A stretch of 60,563 nucleotides of DNA, filler included, from Platydemus manokwari (taxonomy: Eukaryota): NCBI GenBank assembly GCA_037951405.1. It is 5 parts of 5 records of this genome, joined end to end, with 100 filler letters (N's around TTAATTAATTAA, not from the genome) between each part and the next. Parts side by side here need not be neighbours in the genome. Positions count along the whole stretch, not along the records: positions 1 to 14,027 come from JBBMOY011550300.1; 4 more parts are not named here. One strand, given 5' to 3'. The number at the start of each line of letters is the position of its first letter. The first letter of the stretch is position 1. The position numbers and the translations under genes are program-made. Positions 1 through 12,576 of this stretch are shown here, one piece after another. Under the pieces are notes generated by a model that saw nothing but the letters and a program-made list of their open reading frames with translations, was not told where the DNA came from and did not search any database.

Positions 1-212
1 TTATTAATTAAAACTTATTTTGCGCATTATTTTTTTTAAATCAAATTATAATTCCTTAACGAGTTAAATTTACTTATTCTCGTTGACAATTTGAAACATG
101 TTTACGTCTTGTTTTAATAACAAATATTTGACCTTACTAGTTATGGAAATTATTCAATAATTTTTAAGATGATTTACTCTTCATATCAAATTAATCTTAT
201 TTTTTATTTTAG

Positions 213-526
213 CATGGACATTTAGAATTAATAATTCTAGTACTTTCTATTGTATTTAAAGGCAGTGAAAGTTGTTTTCCATTGCAATATTCAAAAAAAT
301 TTTGTTAGAAAAGAAATTTTGTCATTCATATTTATAATTTTTATTAAATTTTATGAAATTATAATTTATTACCAATAAGAATGGGATTTAATTAAATAAA
401 AATGTTTTAGGCATTGAAAGAAACGGTATAGCTCCCAAAAGGTTTTTCTTTAAGTTTTCGGTGCCAACAAGAAATTGTCACGCTTGCTGTTCCGAAAGAT
501 GCCGTTTTGATATTTATTGTGCATAA
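213..526 (+). CDS. Small secreted cysteine-rich peptide, copy 1 (5' partial; start exon probably upstream of the window)
   Basis: Exons 213-303 (after ttttAG) and 411-526, with a phase-1 GT-AG intron at 304-410. Translation: HGHLELIILVLSIVFKGSESCFPLQYSKKFCIERNGIAPKRFFFKFSVPTRNCHACCSERCRFDIYCA*. Hydrophobic signal-like segment plus 7 Cys. Same exon phases and last-exon length (116 nt) as the paralog at 2446-3052. Confidence 0.8.
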
Positions 527-2445
527 AATAAATGTAATTGTGTTTGATTTTTCATTGATTGGGTTGGATTACTACATGTTTATGAATTGTATAAAGAATA
601 TATTATTAATATTACAATTAATTATATAAAAAAAGCAATTTCATCGGGGACCGCGTTTGTTTGAATTTCGGTTTTTATTTCGTTCTATTTTATGACAACC
701 ATATTGGTCAGAAAGATTGGTATCTTGTCACATTTACTCGTCACCAGTATATTTTTGAGCATCTTGATTATAAGGGGTATAAGATCCTTGATTTTTAAAA
801 TCAGAATCAATAAATTGTAAATAATTAAAAATTATTCTTTTGACCCAAATATATTTGTAAGAATGCAGCAATATATATCATGATTTCATGGAACCTATAT
901 TATGCTAGCAAACCAATAGTGATTGGGTATTGCCAGGGTTTAAAAGTCAAGAAATTCAATTAGTCAGTGGTTTAAGTTCAAATTATAAAAGAAATGTTAA
1001 AACGATTAATTATTTAAAAGAAACTATACTGTAAATATGACTGATAGTTTATCCTAAATATCTGAATTATTTTCAGTAATTAAGGCGTAGTTCAACTTTC
1101 AAGTAGAAAATTAAATATATAAATAATCTCGATAAATAAATAATGAAACAAATTTTATAACAAAGTAAAAATAACGATAAAATAATAATATTAATCGGTT
1201 TCTATAATTATCTGGGGTTTATGGATTTCGAGCATGTCACATAAAATGACAAAACACAATCTATGTAGTTGGCAGAAATGATGCTGCTAATTAAAGAAAG
1301 ATTGATTTTAAAAGAGTCACAAAAGAGCCAAAAAACGTTAACACAGGCCTGGGAAATATGATATCACATAAACACAATTTACTTGAATGCCTAATGAAGT
1401 TGATTTGAAATAACAAATCAAATGTTCTGGAATGTATTGAATGCAAAGGAATAAAACGGCTGGGCCTAATGTGTCAAAAGTAAATGTAAATATTCAAATT
1501 TTAGCTTTAATCTTGAAATTTACGAGTTAAATGATGCATGAATTACTTATTTTAAAATTGATACAAAAATGTGAACTTTGTTCTCTGCCAGTCTTTTGAC
1601 AATGAATGGTATACCTATGAGTACCATAGGAAATAAATACGATGAAATTCTTTTTTCAATAAAAGTAATTAAAAGATTCAGGTTCTTTAAATCTTAATAT
1701 TCGTTTTAGAAACCAGTTCTTGAAAGACATTATTGTTTCTAACTTCTTGAAAGATGGTGCTTGTAATAACATGCTTGAGGTTTATTTTTGTATTCAAATT
1801 ATCAGCGAGATAAATAGAAGAGTTTGAGTTAGTATTGAATAACGAATAGAAATGTAATTATTTAGTGTTATTAATATGGATTTTTTGATAAATATAATGA
1901 AATTTTTGTCATCATTTGTGTTTCACTTTTAAATTTTATAAATAAATTCGAAATACAGATAAATAATAATAATAATAATTTTCTGATATTGAAGGATATT
2001 GTAATAATTCGCTTGAGTTATCAAATATTTTTTATAACCAAATCATTATCAAAGAATCTTGTTCAATTTATTTAAATACACCATCTGTTCTATTTGTTGG
2101 CAATAAGCTTTTGATTAAATAATTACAGTGATTATCGTAACCAGTAACAATATTATGTTGAACTAATATTCCAGAATCCATTTGTAAGTAAAGTACCAAT
2201 GATTACATTTTTCACTTCAATAAACAGCACGATTCTATTTTAAATTCGATAATTTAGACTTAAGTAACAAATACCAAGAAACTTTTGGGAAAGGTTTTAA
2301 AAAGTTCAATTAAGCAATAATAATTATTATTTCTTCTTTAAAAAGTACATCATAGAGTACAAATTCTAAATAAGTAAGATTCAAATTAATATATGTGATA
2401 ATTTACCTTTTTTTTACATAATTTACATTTAATTTGTGATCATTT

Positions 2446-3052
2446 ATGGTAAAAATTATACGATGGAATTTTATCTTTTTTATTACCGTACATTTGGATA
2501 CATTTATCAAATTTAAATATTATAATGCATTTGAAATTGATTCAGTACTAATTTTACAAAAATATCGATTTTGAAAATTTCAGTATTTGTAAATGATTTG
2601 TTTTAATATCTTAAGTGAATTAAAATGTTTTTCGTTATTTTTTTGAATTTCGTAATATAAAAGCATGTAATTATATTAAGATTTACTTAATTTAAATCAT
2701 TTTTTAAGTTTGAAAAATTTGAAAAAAAACTTATTTTAGAAAATAAGCCTATATTTAATTGCTCTATTATTTTGCACTATATTAATTAGAAAGAACAAAA
2801 GCTGTCAATCGGAAATTTATCCACAACAATTCTGTTAGATTTTTATTTTGAAATTCCATTTTAGTAATCTTTCTGTAAAATTATTTACAAAATAATCTTT
2901 TATTTTAATCAATTGATTTTTATTTCTGATATTTAGGCATCGACAGAAATGGTATAGCGCCAAACATGTATTTTTTTGAATTTCGTTTACCATTTTATAA
3001 TTGTTATGCCTGTTGTTCACGACAATGTCGATTTAATATTTATTGTTTATAA
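2446..3052 (+). CDS. Small secreted cysteine-rich peptide, copy 2 (~70 aa)
   Basis: Exons 2740-2833 and 2937-3052 (GT-AG, phase 1); putative ATG|GTAAAA start exon at 2446-2448 is less certain. Translation: MKISLYLIALLFCTILIRKNKSCQSEIYPQQFCIDRNGIAPNMYFFEFRLPFYNCYACCSRQCRFNIYCL*. 27/48 residues identical to copy 1 from the first conserved Cys, with no indels. Confidence 0.8.
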
Positions 3053-3135
3053 GTTTGTAAGTTGTGAGAAATAAACCGTTTTGAAAATTACATCCAGTTA
3101 GAATTTATCGATATATATTTTACTGTTTATATCTT

Positions 3136-3420
3136 TTAACACATTGATGGACAATAGGAACAAATGAAGTTCGAAATTTAATACTATGTGTGTATTTAAG
3201 CTGAAAGTCGTGTATTAGGTGGAAAACAAAAATCAACCGAAAGAATTGTTTCCAAAACATGACACTAGTCTTCTATTTGTACGCCGGTAAATGCACATTT
3301 GTGCCGCTATAGCCGCATCGTCCATAAAAGACCGTTTCGTTTTAGACGGCTATTGCCGTCATGCCACATAGTGAACTTCGCTTTGACGGTTATAGACGCA
3401 AGTTTCCGTCAACGTGTTAA
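3136..3420. mobile_element. Non-autonomous piggyBac-type element (MITE) flanked by TTAA
   Basis: TTAA at 3136-3139 and 3417-3420. Imperfect TIRs CACATTGATGGA (3140-3151) vs reverse complement CACGTTGACGGA (3405-3416), 10/12 match, both mismatches CpG-type transitions. Interior more GC-rich than flanks. Confidence 0.55.
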
Positions 3421-3930
3421 AAGATTTTTAAAAATGATTTGAAAAGATTTTAGTACTAAGATAAATTACTTTCGGGACACCTTTTTGATTTTAATAGCGA
3501 TGCTTTCAGAGATCTAAAACTAGAAGAGAATTTTCTAACAAACAATGATTGAAGAAAGATTTAATTTTTAACACATTACTGTAAGTGGAAATACCAACAG
3601 TTTATGGTGTATTTCTCAGGTTAAAATGAACACAATGAAGCAATTTAGCCAATTAATATATCATACGTGGGTACGATTATCGTGCTGATGTGCACAGTGA
3701 GAAATTGATACTTTATATGATAGGAAAAAATACCAGTTTTCAATCTGATAAATCCAGGCTACAAAACGAAAAGTAGACTAGTTTCTTTGTGATGTTCTCA
3801 TCCACAATAATATATTTCTGTTCCTGAAAAAATGTTCAATCTGAATTTAAAAGTAATTATAATAATGTCAACGTGATGCGTGGTGTTCTTAGTTGGTGGA
3901 ATAACTTCCAGATCTTACTAGATGAAGAAA

Positions 3931-4473
3931 TATTGGGTATATCACAAATCAATCAAAAGGGTCACAAGAACCAAGGGAAGAACCCTAAAAAGGGTCAATA
4001 CACACAGACGTGATAAACACACGTGCCATTAACCAATCAGATTCGTTCTAAAGTTAATACATATTTAGAAGCTAATAATCGACAAGCACATACCTACCAA
4101 TGGTAGCAAGCTGAAATATCTGCCAATGGGAAATCAGATATAAGGAAAATCTCAAGTAAATCTATTCATGAATAAATCCAGCAAATGTAAAACTAAGATA
4201 CCGTGACATCAAGCAGATACCCGATAGGACTATAAAAGAGGTTGAGTACCATGGATTGCTGCCAGTCTTTTTTGGTCGGTAACTTCAGTGCTTAGCTTAT
4301 GTGTGATTTGATTACTTTCCATTCTGTTTTTGACTTTCGAATGATGATCCCACATTGAATGATTTTCTTTGTGAATTGCGTAGAGATTTGTTGTTGTTAT
4401 TATCGAGACTTTGAATGTATTATTTTAGTTAATATAAATTTTCAGATTTAAATTGTTGTTTGATAACGCAGCT
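3931..4473 (+). mobile_element. Interspersed repeat, solo-LTR-like, copy 1
   Basis: ~540 bp colinear similarity to 53713-54258 (shared AATCAATCAAAAGGGTCACAA, GTCAATACACACAGAC, TTTTAGTTAATATAAATTTTCA). Internal TATA-like CTATAAAAG; degenerate TG...CA-like ends. Confidence 0.6.
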
Positions 4474-4699
4474 AAAGGTTCTTGACAACAATTTCCAATA
4501 GATAATTAATTAAACAAAAATTTTTGTCAATTACTGAGATTTCAAATTTTAGTCCTGAACACAGTATAAGCAGTAATCTAATAATCATAATCTAACCGAA
4601 TAATTACATTCCTATTTATGACTTTTCACAATTTTTATTGTTTCAAATAAAATCGTTTCGTTATTTAAAAATTCTATAAATCAAAGTATGCGGCATGTT

Positions 4700-5300
4700 G
4701 TTCAGAAAGGTGATATAAAATCCTGGTGGATGAAAGTCAATGGATCTTTAGAAAACCAGTTAAATTTAAATTGGAATTGAATTGTTTTCCTAAAAAAAGT
4801 TGTCAAGTCGTAGTGATCGGTTGGGCGAGTTCTGGCGAGTATGGAGAATGATTTAGAAGTTTCAACTCCAATTTTAAGTTTTGCCATAGTCATTTGTGCT
4901 TGTATGGTCTGTGGAGCATTTTAGGCAGTTTTTCTTTAAGTTTTTGCATCATTTCATCCAGTTGGTTGCAGTATATTTATGTTGTGATCGATGACTCATA
5001 TTTCAAAAAATTATAATAGATCATACCTGCAATACATCATCAAATACTCACTATCAACTCTTTTTGATAAATATTATGTTTTGAAGTGTGTTTATTATCC
5101 AACCATAGTGCTGTATGTTTTTGATTATCAGCATAAATTTATCTGATAAATTTCTCATCACAAGTGACAATTCGATTTGAGACTATATGGCAACATCAAG
5201 CATGGTTCCAATTGCTTTTGTTTCTGCTTCTCATTCATTTCGTGTAGAATCCTCTTGCAAAACTTTTTCACTCTACCGATTTAAGCTTGATAACACCTAA
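4700..5300 (-). mobile_element. Degenerate mariner transposase fragment
   Basis: Minus-strand motifs RIVTCDEK (~5152-5175), IYCNQLDEMMQKLKEK and HSPYSPELA (~4824-4850) match the mariner signatures IVTCDEKW and HPPYSPDLAP. Interrupted by stops and frameshifts. Confidence 0.8.
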
Positions 5301-8300
5301 CTTCAAAGATAATTCGTAGGGATTCTGAGGTGATTCAGATTCGAAGGTTACCTATATTTTATTATTAACCTTTCATTCTAAGCGACCACGTGGCTCACTT
5401 GGTGTCAAAATTACTTGCACAAAGTTTGGCGAACCAATTCGATACTGTCTTCTGCTTAGTAAAATATGAGTCAAACACGCTATTGATGTTTCATGTGGTT
5501 TGTGATGATGCAGTAGCTCATAAGTGCTAATTTCTGATTGTTCAATTTTCAACTAAATTAACTTTTAAAACAGGCAAAAAAATAGAAAAAAAGATAAAAT
5601 ATTAAGCCAAAATCATATTAAGGTGTTAATGTTGATAATTTTCTAGTATATAATTTTTTAAAGATAATTAATAAAAACTTAAAAAATTTTCTTGAAATTA
5701 TAATACTTGTTTGATTACTGTGTACCAATTGATTTGCAGACAATCGCAATTATTTTGCCTTGAGTAAATTAATTCAACTGTGTGTGGCAAAGCAAACGCA
5801 TATTTTCTCTCCCCAATGTTGTGCGAATTCATTTTAGTGAACAGAAACGCTTGATGTTAAGCCTTCTTTGTTATTTAGGAAATGAATTGGAAAATGGTGA
5901 GAGTTCGTATCCAATATAAGCAAATTAATGTATAATTAATAAGTGTGCTTCGTGATTGATTTTCTTAAATTCATAAAGTGAACAGAAATATTCCAATGAA
6001 GATTCTTCTACGGGATAACTTATAATCACTTCCTTTGGTTATAGTGTAGGAAAAATTTCGATTTAACCTGGTTCGAAGTATTTTTGTTAACACAAATAGT
6101 GAGTTTTATTGTCTCTTGACTCAACTCGGCAGAAACAAATCGAGTAAAAAAATTAATTTGTATTTTCCAAAAATTATCACCTTAAAATTAAAGAATAACA
6201 GATTATCATTATTCAGAGATTTAACAAACACCTCGTTATTGTGTCAAAAATAGTCTGAGAGAACATAGGAGGTAAAACTGGTGAATAGTTTCCCTTAAAA
6301 TTACGCCTTTCAATTAGAATGTATAAGGAATAAATAGGTAGTATTTATTGCGATTATCTGTAGTGATTGATAACGGTTCTTGGTGATAATCATTGCAGCA
6401 GTTCTCTCAATTTGTTACAATTATTATTATCTACTTAGACACTCACCTATTTTCTACACACGCAAACACCCTTTCATTCAATATATGGATATATTAACAC
6501 AAAATTAAAATATGTTCCTAAGTTTCAAGTGTTCCAACAGTTTTCTTAATTTTCCTGAAAATTTTACTTCAAAACACAAATTACTACCCACTCCACGATT
6601 ACCTTTTACTATTATAATACTTTTAAAATCAATAAAATTCGAAGGTCGTAATTGATAATTTTTATGGTTCCTGTCACTAAAAATCAATCTTTTGATTGTA
6701 CAGTAAATGTTACTAAAACTTTTCCTTATATTTTCCTCATCTAACAAGACTTGATTCTTGCTCGTTGGGTTTGTGTTGTTGGAAAGTTATTGTCACTCAA
6801 CAGCGTGAGTTATGAATGTATTATTTGTTATTACCATTTATTTATTCTTCCAAACAAAATACACTAATTGGTTTATTAAAAAATTATTGAATTAAAATTT
6901 TCACACAACAATCACGCGTTTAGCTGCTTGTTTAGATCACAAGTACTATATTTTAATTTGTTGAAATTAAAAAAATAGATTTCCATTTTATATTTTAATT
7001 GATATCCAAAAGGGCAAATTCTTTAGGAACTTCATTGATTTACTCAAAGAATAACCATTACTAAAGCTTAAATCGGTAAAGTATTCTTCGTAATTAATTA
7101 AGCTTTATATTTGTTCGATAACTTACTCGAAACAATGAGTTTATGATTTATAACTTTATGACTAGACAACTCCAAATTAAATTTTTAACTTTTGTTTTCG
7201 TCGATTTTCATGTCAGTTTAAATAGTTATCTGATTTGGACTTTGATCCAATAATTAATAGAATTTTTATTAGATTTTGATTAATTTCTGGTACCTTGTAT
7301 CATTAATCATATTATTTTTCTCTTCACTTTTTAATATTTACATTATTTTCGTACTACTTTGTACCATAACCTGATTTAATTGCTTTTATCGATTTTATTA
7401 TTATTGAATATTTGAATATTAACCTATCAAAGTTCTTAAGGAACATTTGACTTCTTTTTAAATTACTGCTCCTTTGAATTTCCTATCCTCCAGAGTTGGA
7501 AGGCATTAGTTCCCAACTTTGGTTGTTTCACATTTTCATGGTATAATAGCGTTAGACAAAAAATTTATGACATCACACATTTGCAATAGCATTTGCAGTT
7601 AATATCGTCTTATTATAAATAAATTTTATTGGCTCAAGTTTTTGTCATGTATTCAAATTTATCTAATGCAAACACGCAACCTAAGCTTCGACACTTCTAA
7701 GAATTGGATATTGATGAAATTCGCGATATCTCAAACCCAGAAAACTTTAAAAATAGAAATATCATCAAATTCCATCACTATTCATATGCAAATTTAGTGG
7801 AGAATCATCGTGTTATCTCAGCTAACACTAGAACAACGGTATGATATCTAATAAATTGGGATAAAATTTTAGATCTTTTTAATATAAATTATCTAAGTAT
7901 GTGACAGAATGAAATCTCATTATTTAAGAGAATATGAAATACTTGAAAGATAGTTTCATCGTTTTTGAATAATTTAATGGATATTTTTCTGAAAGATTTA
8001 TAAATGCTGGTGCCCATATTGAATATAAAATTATACTACCATACCACTGCGTTATAAATTTTAATATATTGTCAATATTTTAAATTTTATTAAGATAATA
8101 ACTTATAATAATTTTAAAACAGGGAGTTATTTTTCAATGACCTTGTAAATTAATTATTAACTAGTTATTGATAAATACCTTAATGGATATACTGGGCAAG
8201 AAAATTGTTAACAATAATGATTACAGAGTCTCTGTGTAAAAAGAATGGCAATTCACAGAATCCAAGTTAAAGATGGATGATAGATTTAATTAATAAATGA

Positions 8301-10365
8301 TAGAAAATTCAGGATCGTCTAAATCGATGTAAAGTGTCCGATGGACGAACCTGTTTTAATGGTCCAAACTGTTCAAAATAATGTAGAGAAATACTCAGAC
8401 CTCCGAAATGCGATAAAAAGCGGTCAGACTAGAATTTTCACTTTTGTTATAGGGGTTCTAGGGACTTGGCAGACACATATAAACGACAGTGTCATAAATT
8501 AACGAGGGATGGATAAGAAAATGATAAATAAAATAGTTCTTGCATGAATAAAGTCGAATACAAATGCGGGTTATCTGCAAAAGAAGTTCTACGCGGAAAG
8601 ACAACAGCAAAAAGGCAGTTTTAAAAAAGAGGAATTGGATATCCCAGACAATATCGATTGTAAGACAGAGACATAATTGATTTAAACGTTGAATTGATTG
8701 TATGCTTGACCTAACGAACTGTGGTTGTTGAAACTATAGGAGGAAAGAACCATGTACAGAACATATTTCAATGGATGAGTATTTCAATTATCGATGTTTA
8801 TGAATAAATATTTATAATAGTTAAATCACTCAAGACAGAATAATACGATCAATATTTAACACATATTGTCAAAAAAGAGGGCATTAATTAATTTCATAAA
8901 TAATATATACATTTCAATTTACATACAATGATATCGAAAGGACATTTGAATACAATTAGTTAAATATATCCTGAGATATATATTGTGGTACAGCTAGTTT
9001 GTGAATTCATTTAACTGAGGTGTGCAAATGTGCTTTTTGTTCTTATTATCCATATCATTTATCAATTTAAAAATCCGAATATACTTTTCAGAGTTTTTAA
9101 AAGATTTTATAAGCTACAAACATAAAATCCAATCAAATTACTACACATTATCCTCTATGTAAATTATAGAATTTTGAATTTTTTTATGTTATTTTGACGA
9201 ATGGTACTTGAAGCGAATTTTTGCATACTATATATAAAATTAAATTTGAGATGTTAGTTAAAAGTCGTGCTAAAGGTCAATGAAATTATCGATAGTCGCA
9301 GGTCATTATCATTACTGATCTGCTTAATAATAATAAGCCAAATAAATAGTTTTGGTAAAATTTTATTTGAATACTAGTTAAGATAGAAGACTTTTATGCA
9401 ATTTCAAAAACCCAATCTATTGGAACTTATGAAGAACGCAAGCCAATGTTACCAGTCATCTTTGATGTATAAATAGATTCTTAAGCTATCGTAAGAAACA
9501 CTAAACATGTTCAGATAAATATCGGATTTTCAGATGAAATCAAAATTAAGTGAATGAGTGAACAATTAAAAAGTGTACAAAGTTGAAGGAAGTAATTGTT
9601 TATTCGGTGAATATATGGCGAAACCAATGGCAAGAGATAATGAAGAAATGCGGTATCATTTTGTATTGAACTTTCTATTTGCAAAATGCTCAATAAATTG
9701 AGAAACAATGAAGTATCAATTATATGGAAAATATTTTTACAATGGAACATAATTTTCTGAATCAAATACAGCAAATAAAGTTACGTTTATTAGAAAACTG
9801 GTTAAAAATCAAGAAAAAGTAGGTTAATGATGTTTTTGAATTTCAAATGAAAATAATAATATTTAATTTATTAAATTTAAAAACATTCGCGTATTGGAAA
9901 TTTACTTTTCGTTACAACTAACTCAATATAAAAAAAATAATTTAACTTGAAATTTAAGTAAACAATTCTATTTAATATTCGTATAAAATTGACCAAGTGA
10001 AAAATATTAAAAGAAAATTTAAATGCTGAACAATTTTTTATAAAAATAAAATCCCCCAAATGTTCAGGACTTTTGCAATCCAATACATAATAATATGTAA
10101 ATCGATTACTGTCATAATAATAATTCATTAATAGTTTTATTGTCAAAAATATGTAGTCAATTATTACAATTACGATAAAACATTTTAGTTTAATAAAATT
10201 GTACAAACTGGCCTAATTTAAAGTGATATCATATATCAATTGTTTCTTTATTTATCTACTAAATTTTGTTTTAAATCTATTTAGCAGCCTGTTTATTGAA
10301 CTAGTTTGTACTTAACTTTAGAAATTTTTTCTCAACGATGATACATAATAAATTATCATCTATAG

Positions 10366-10488
10366 TAGAGGTGGCCAACTTTTGTGTACGTAAGATCGAC
10401 TTTTCATTTGAATAACATCTCACGCAATCGACTAAAATTGGCTTCAAGATCGACCAGTCGATCGCGATCGATCGGTTGGCCACCCCTG
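10366..10488. mobile_element. hAT-type MITE (123 bp)
   Basis: 14-bp TIRs TAGAGGTGGCCAAC (10366-10379) and GTTGGCCACCCCTG (10475-10488), i.e. CAGGGGTGGCCAAC consensus. 8-bp flanks ATCTATAG and ATATACAG (6/8 match). Repeated internal GATCGAC motifs. Confidence 0.75.
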
Positions 10489-10861
10489 ATATACAGCATA
10501 TCTTTACTATTTTATAATTTTAACAAATTTTGTCATATCAAATATGGTTACTGAGAAACTAAAGAAATTAAAAATATTTGAATATTGTTTCGTTACTGAT
10601 TTAATATGCACTGAAATTTAGAATTATTAGTTTACTAGGAAATTATTTAACGTGATTAATTTAAGTAGACTAAACCTAAAAATCTAGCAATTTTTTGATT
10701 GCTTGTTTATTTAATATTTATATTTGCCCTTGAAAGCAAATATTTCAAATTCAAAATTATTTACGTTATTATTTAACCATGTCATTCTACTTTTACCTCG
10801 CTTTCATAGAGCTTTTCTTATATAACTTGTAAACTTAAATTAAAGTTATTACGTTTTAGAT

Positions 10862-12511
10862 ATGCTGACACCAAATTCACCGTTGATGCAAACATTGCTT
10901 GGAACATTTTTTACTTGGGGTATGACGGCTTTAGGTGCTCTTGGTTGTCTGATGCATTATTCTAGAATCGAAAGTGTAATATATAATTTTACATTACTAT
11001 TAAGTTTGCAAGGGTTTTATAGTTGAAAATTATTGATTGGTTAACTTTCAAGTTTTATTGAAAATCAAATTTGCAATATTAAAAATATAAATCATTTGAA
11101 TATTTTGCTTTTTCTAGAGGAAGCTGCTTGATGCTAGTCTTGGATTTTCTGCAGGAGTTCGAATGAATTTATGTACTATTTCTTATTAACATAATTTAAA
11201 GGTTATGTTAGCTGCTTCATACTGGTCATTATTATCCCCAGCAGAAGAAATGGCTAACAGTGTTGGTTATGGTAATTTCAGCTTTATTCCTCTCGCAGTT
11301 GGTCTGCTGATGGGATCGTATTTTGTTTTTCTTGCTGATAAATATGCACCAGTGGGTTCATTCTCTGATTTCACCTCAATTCATACGTCACTTGACGATC
11401 GTATATCACTAGACAAAAACGATATATCATACAACAAAACGATGAGTTCAGGTAAACGTTATCTTTATTGTCACCTTGGAAAGATGTCAATAAATAATAG
11501 TTACTCATTTTCAAATAAATTAAACGATAATCTTATTCCTATTAGATATGGAGCTCAAACAGCGTAAAAGTACAGAAATAAATCATAAAGTCAGCACAGA
11601 ATCAGTTACAAATAAAAATACTAATGTTAGCCGTCGATTACTTTTAATGATGATAGCAATCACGATACACAACATTCCTGAAGGATTAGCAGTTGGAGTG
11701 GCTTTCGGAGCTGTGGGTAAGGGCAAAACAGCGACTATATCTAATGCTAGGTATACCATGGATTACTATAACACTATCATTTATTATTACTGAACTTTGT
11801 TAATCAATAGTTGATTATTCAGGAACCTCGCACTCGGAATTGGAATCCAAAACTTTCCTGAGGGTTTAGCAGTTAGCTTACCTTTAAAAGCCGCAGGGAT
11901 GTCTCTCAGCCGAAGCATTTGGTTGATACAGTATTAATTTTACAGATAATTAATTATTTCTAGGTACGGTCAACTGTCTGGTCTTGTAGAACCAATTTCC
12001 GGGATTATAGGATGTTTGGCTGTTCAGCTAATCAGTCCTATTCTTCCCTATGCGCTTTCATTCGCTGCTGGTGCCATGATATACGTGGTTTTCGATGATA
12101 TTATTCCTGAATCTCAACATATGTAAGCATTTCTGCTATTTGTTAACGTCATAAAATTAATGTGAAACATTGAATTGATCTAATCTCTGTGATTGACACA
12201 CACATAAACACAAGCACCAATTATCGAATAACTAATACAGTATGCAAAAAATCGCATGACTCATTTTGCACAAAACATCGAGACATACATTTGCCAGCAA
12301 GGACAAAAAGCACAATTTCACACCTCTGTTAAATGAATTCACAAACTAGCTATACCGCAATATATATCTCAGGATTGATATTTAACTGATTGTATTTAAA
12401 TGTTTCGTGATTAATTTTTAATTATATTTTAGGGGCAATGGCCAACTCGCGGCAATATCTGCAATTTTTGGATTTGTTTTGATGATGTGCTTGGACATAG
12501 GGCTTGGTTGA
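10862..12511 (+). CDS. SLC39A11: Zinc transporter ZIP11 (GufA subfamily), 7 exons
   Basis: Exons 10862-10975, 11118-11156, 11202-11451, 11546-11750, 11823-11921, 11964-12122, 12433-12511; all GT-AG and in frame. Motifs [92 protein letters not shown]. Confidence 0.95.
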
Positions 12512-12576
12512 TCTCTGTGGATCAAAATAGCTTCAGTGATCTAGATATATTGTTTTATGTCAAATAGAGATCGTTT

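Noticed and set aside
2835-3020. 61-aa minus-strand ORF
   Set aside because: Antisense to the intron and last exon of peptide copy 2; the plus-strand frame is the one conserved between paralogs.
7700-7840. Open exon-like stretch (ELDIDEIRDISNPENFKNRNIIKFHHYSYANLVENHRVISANTRTT) ending at GTATGA
   Set aside because: No recognisable homology and no partner exons could be joined.
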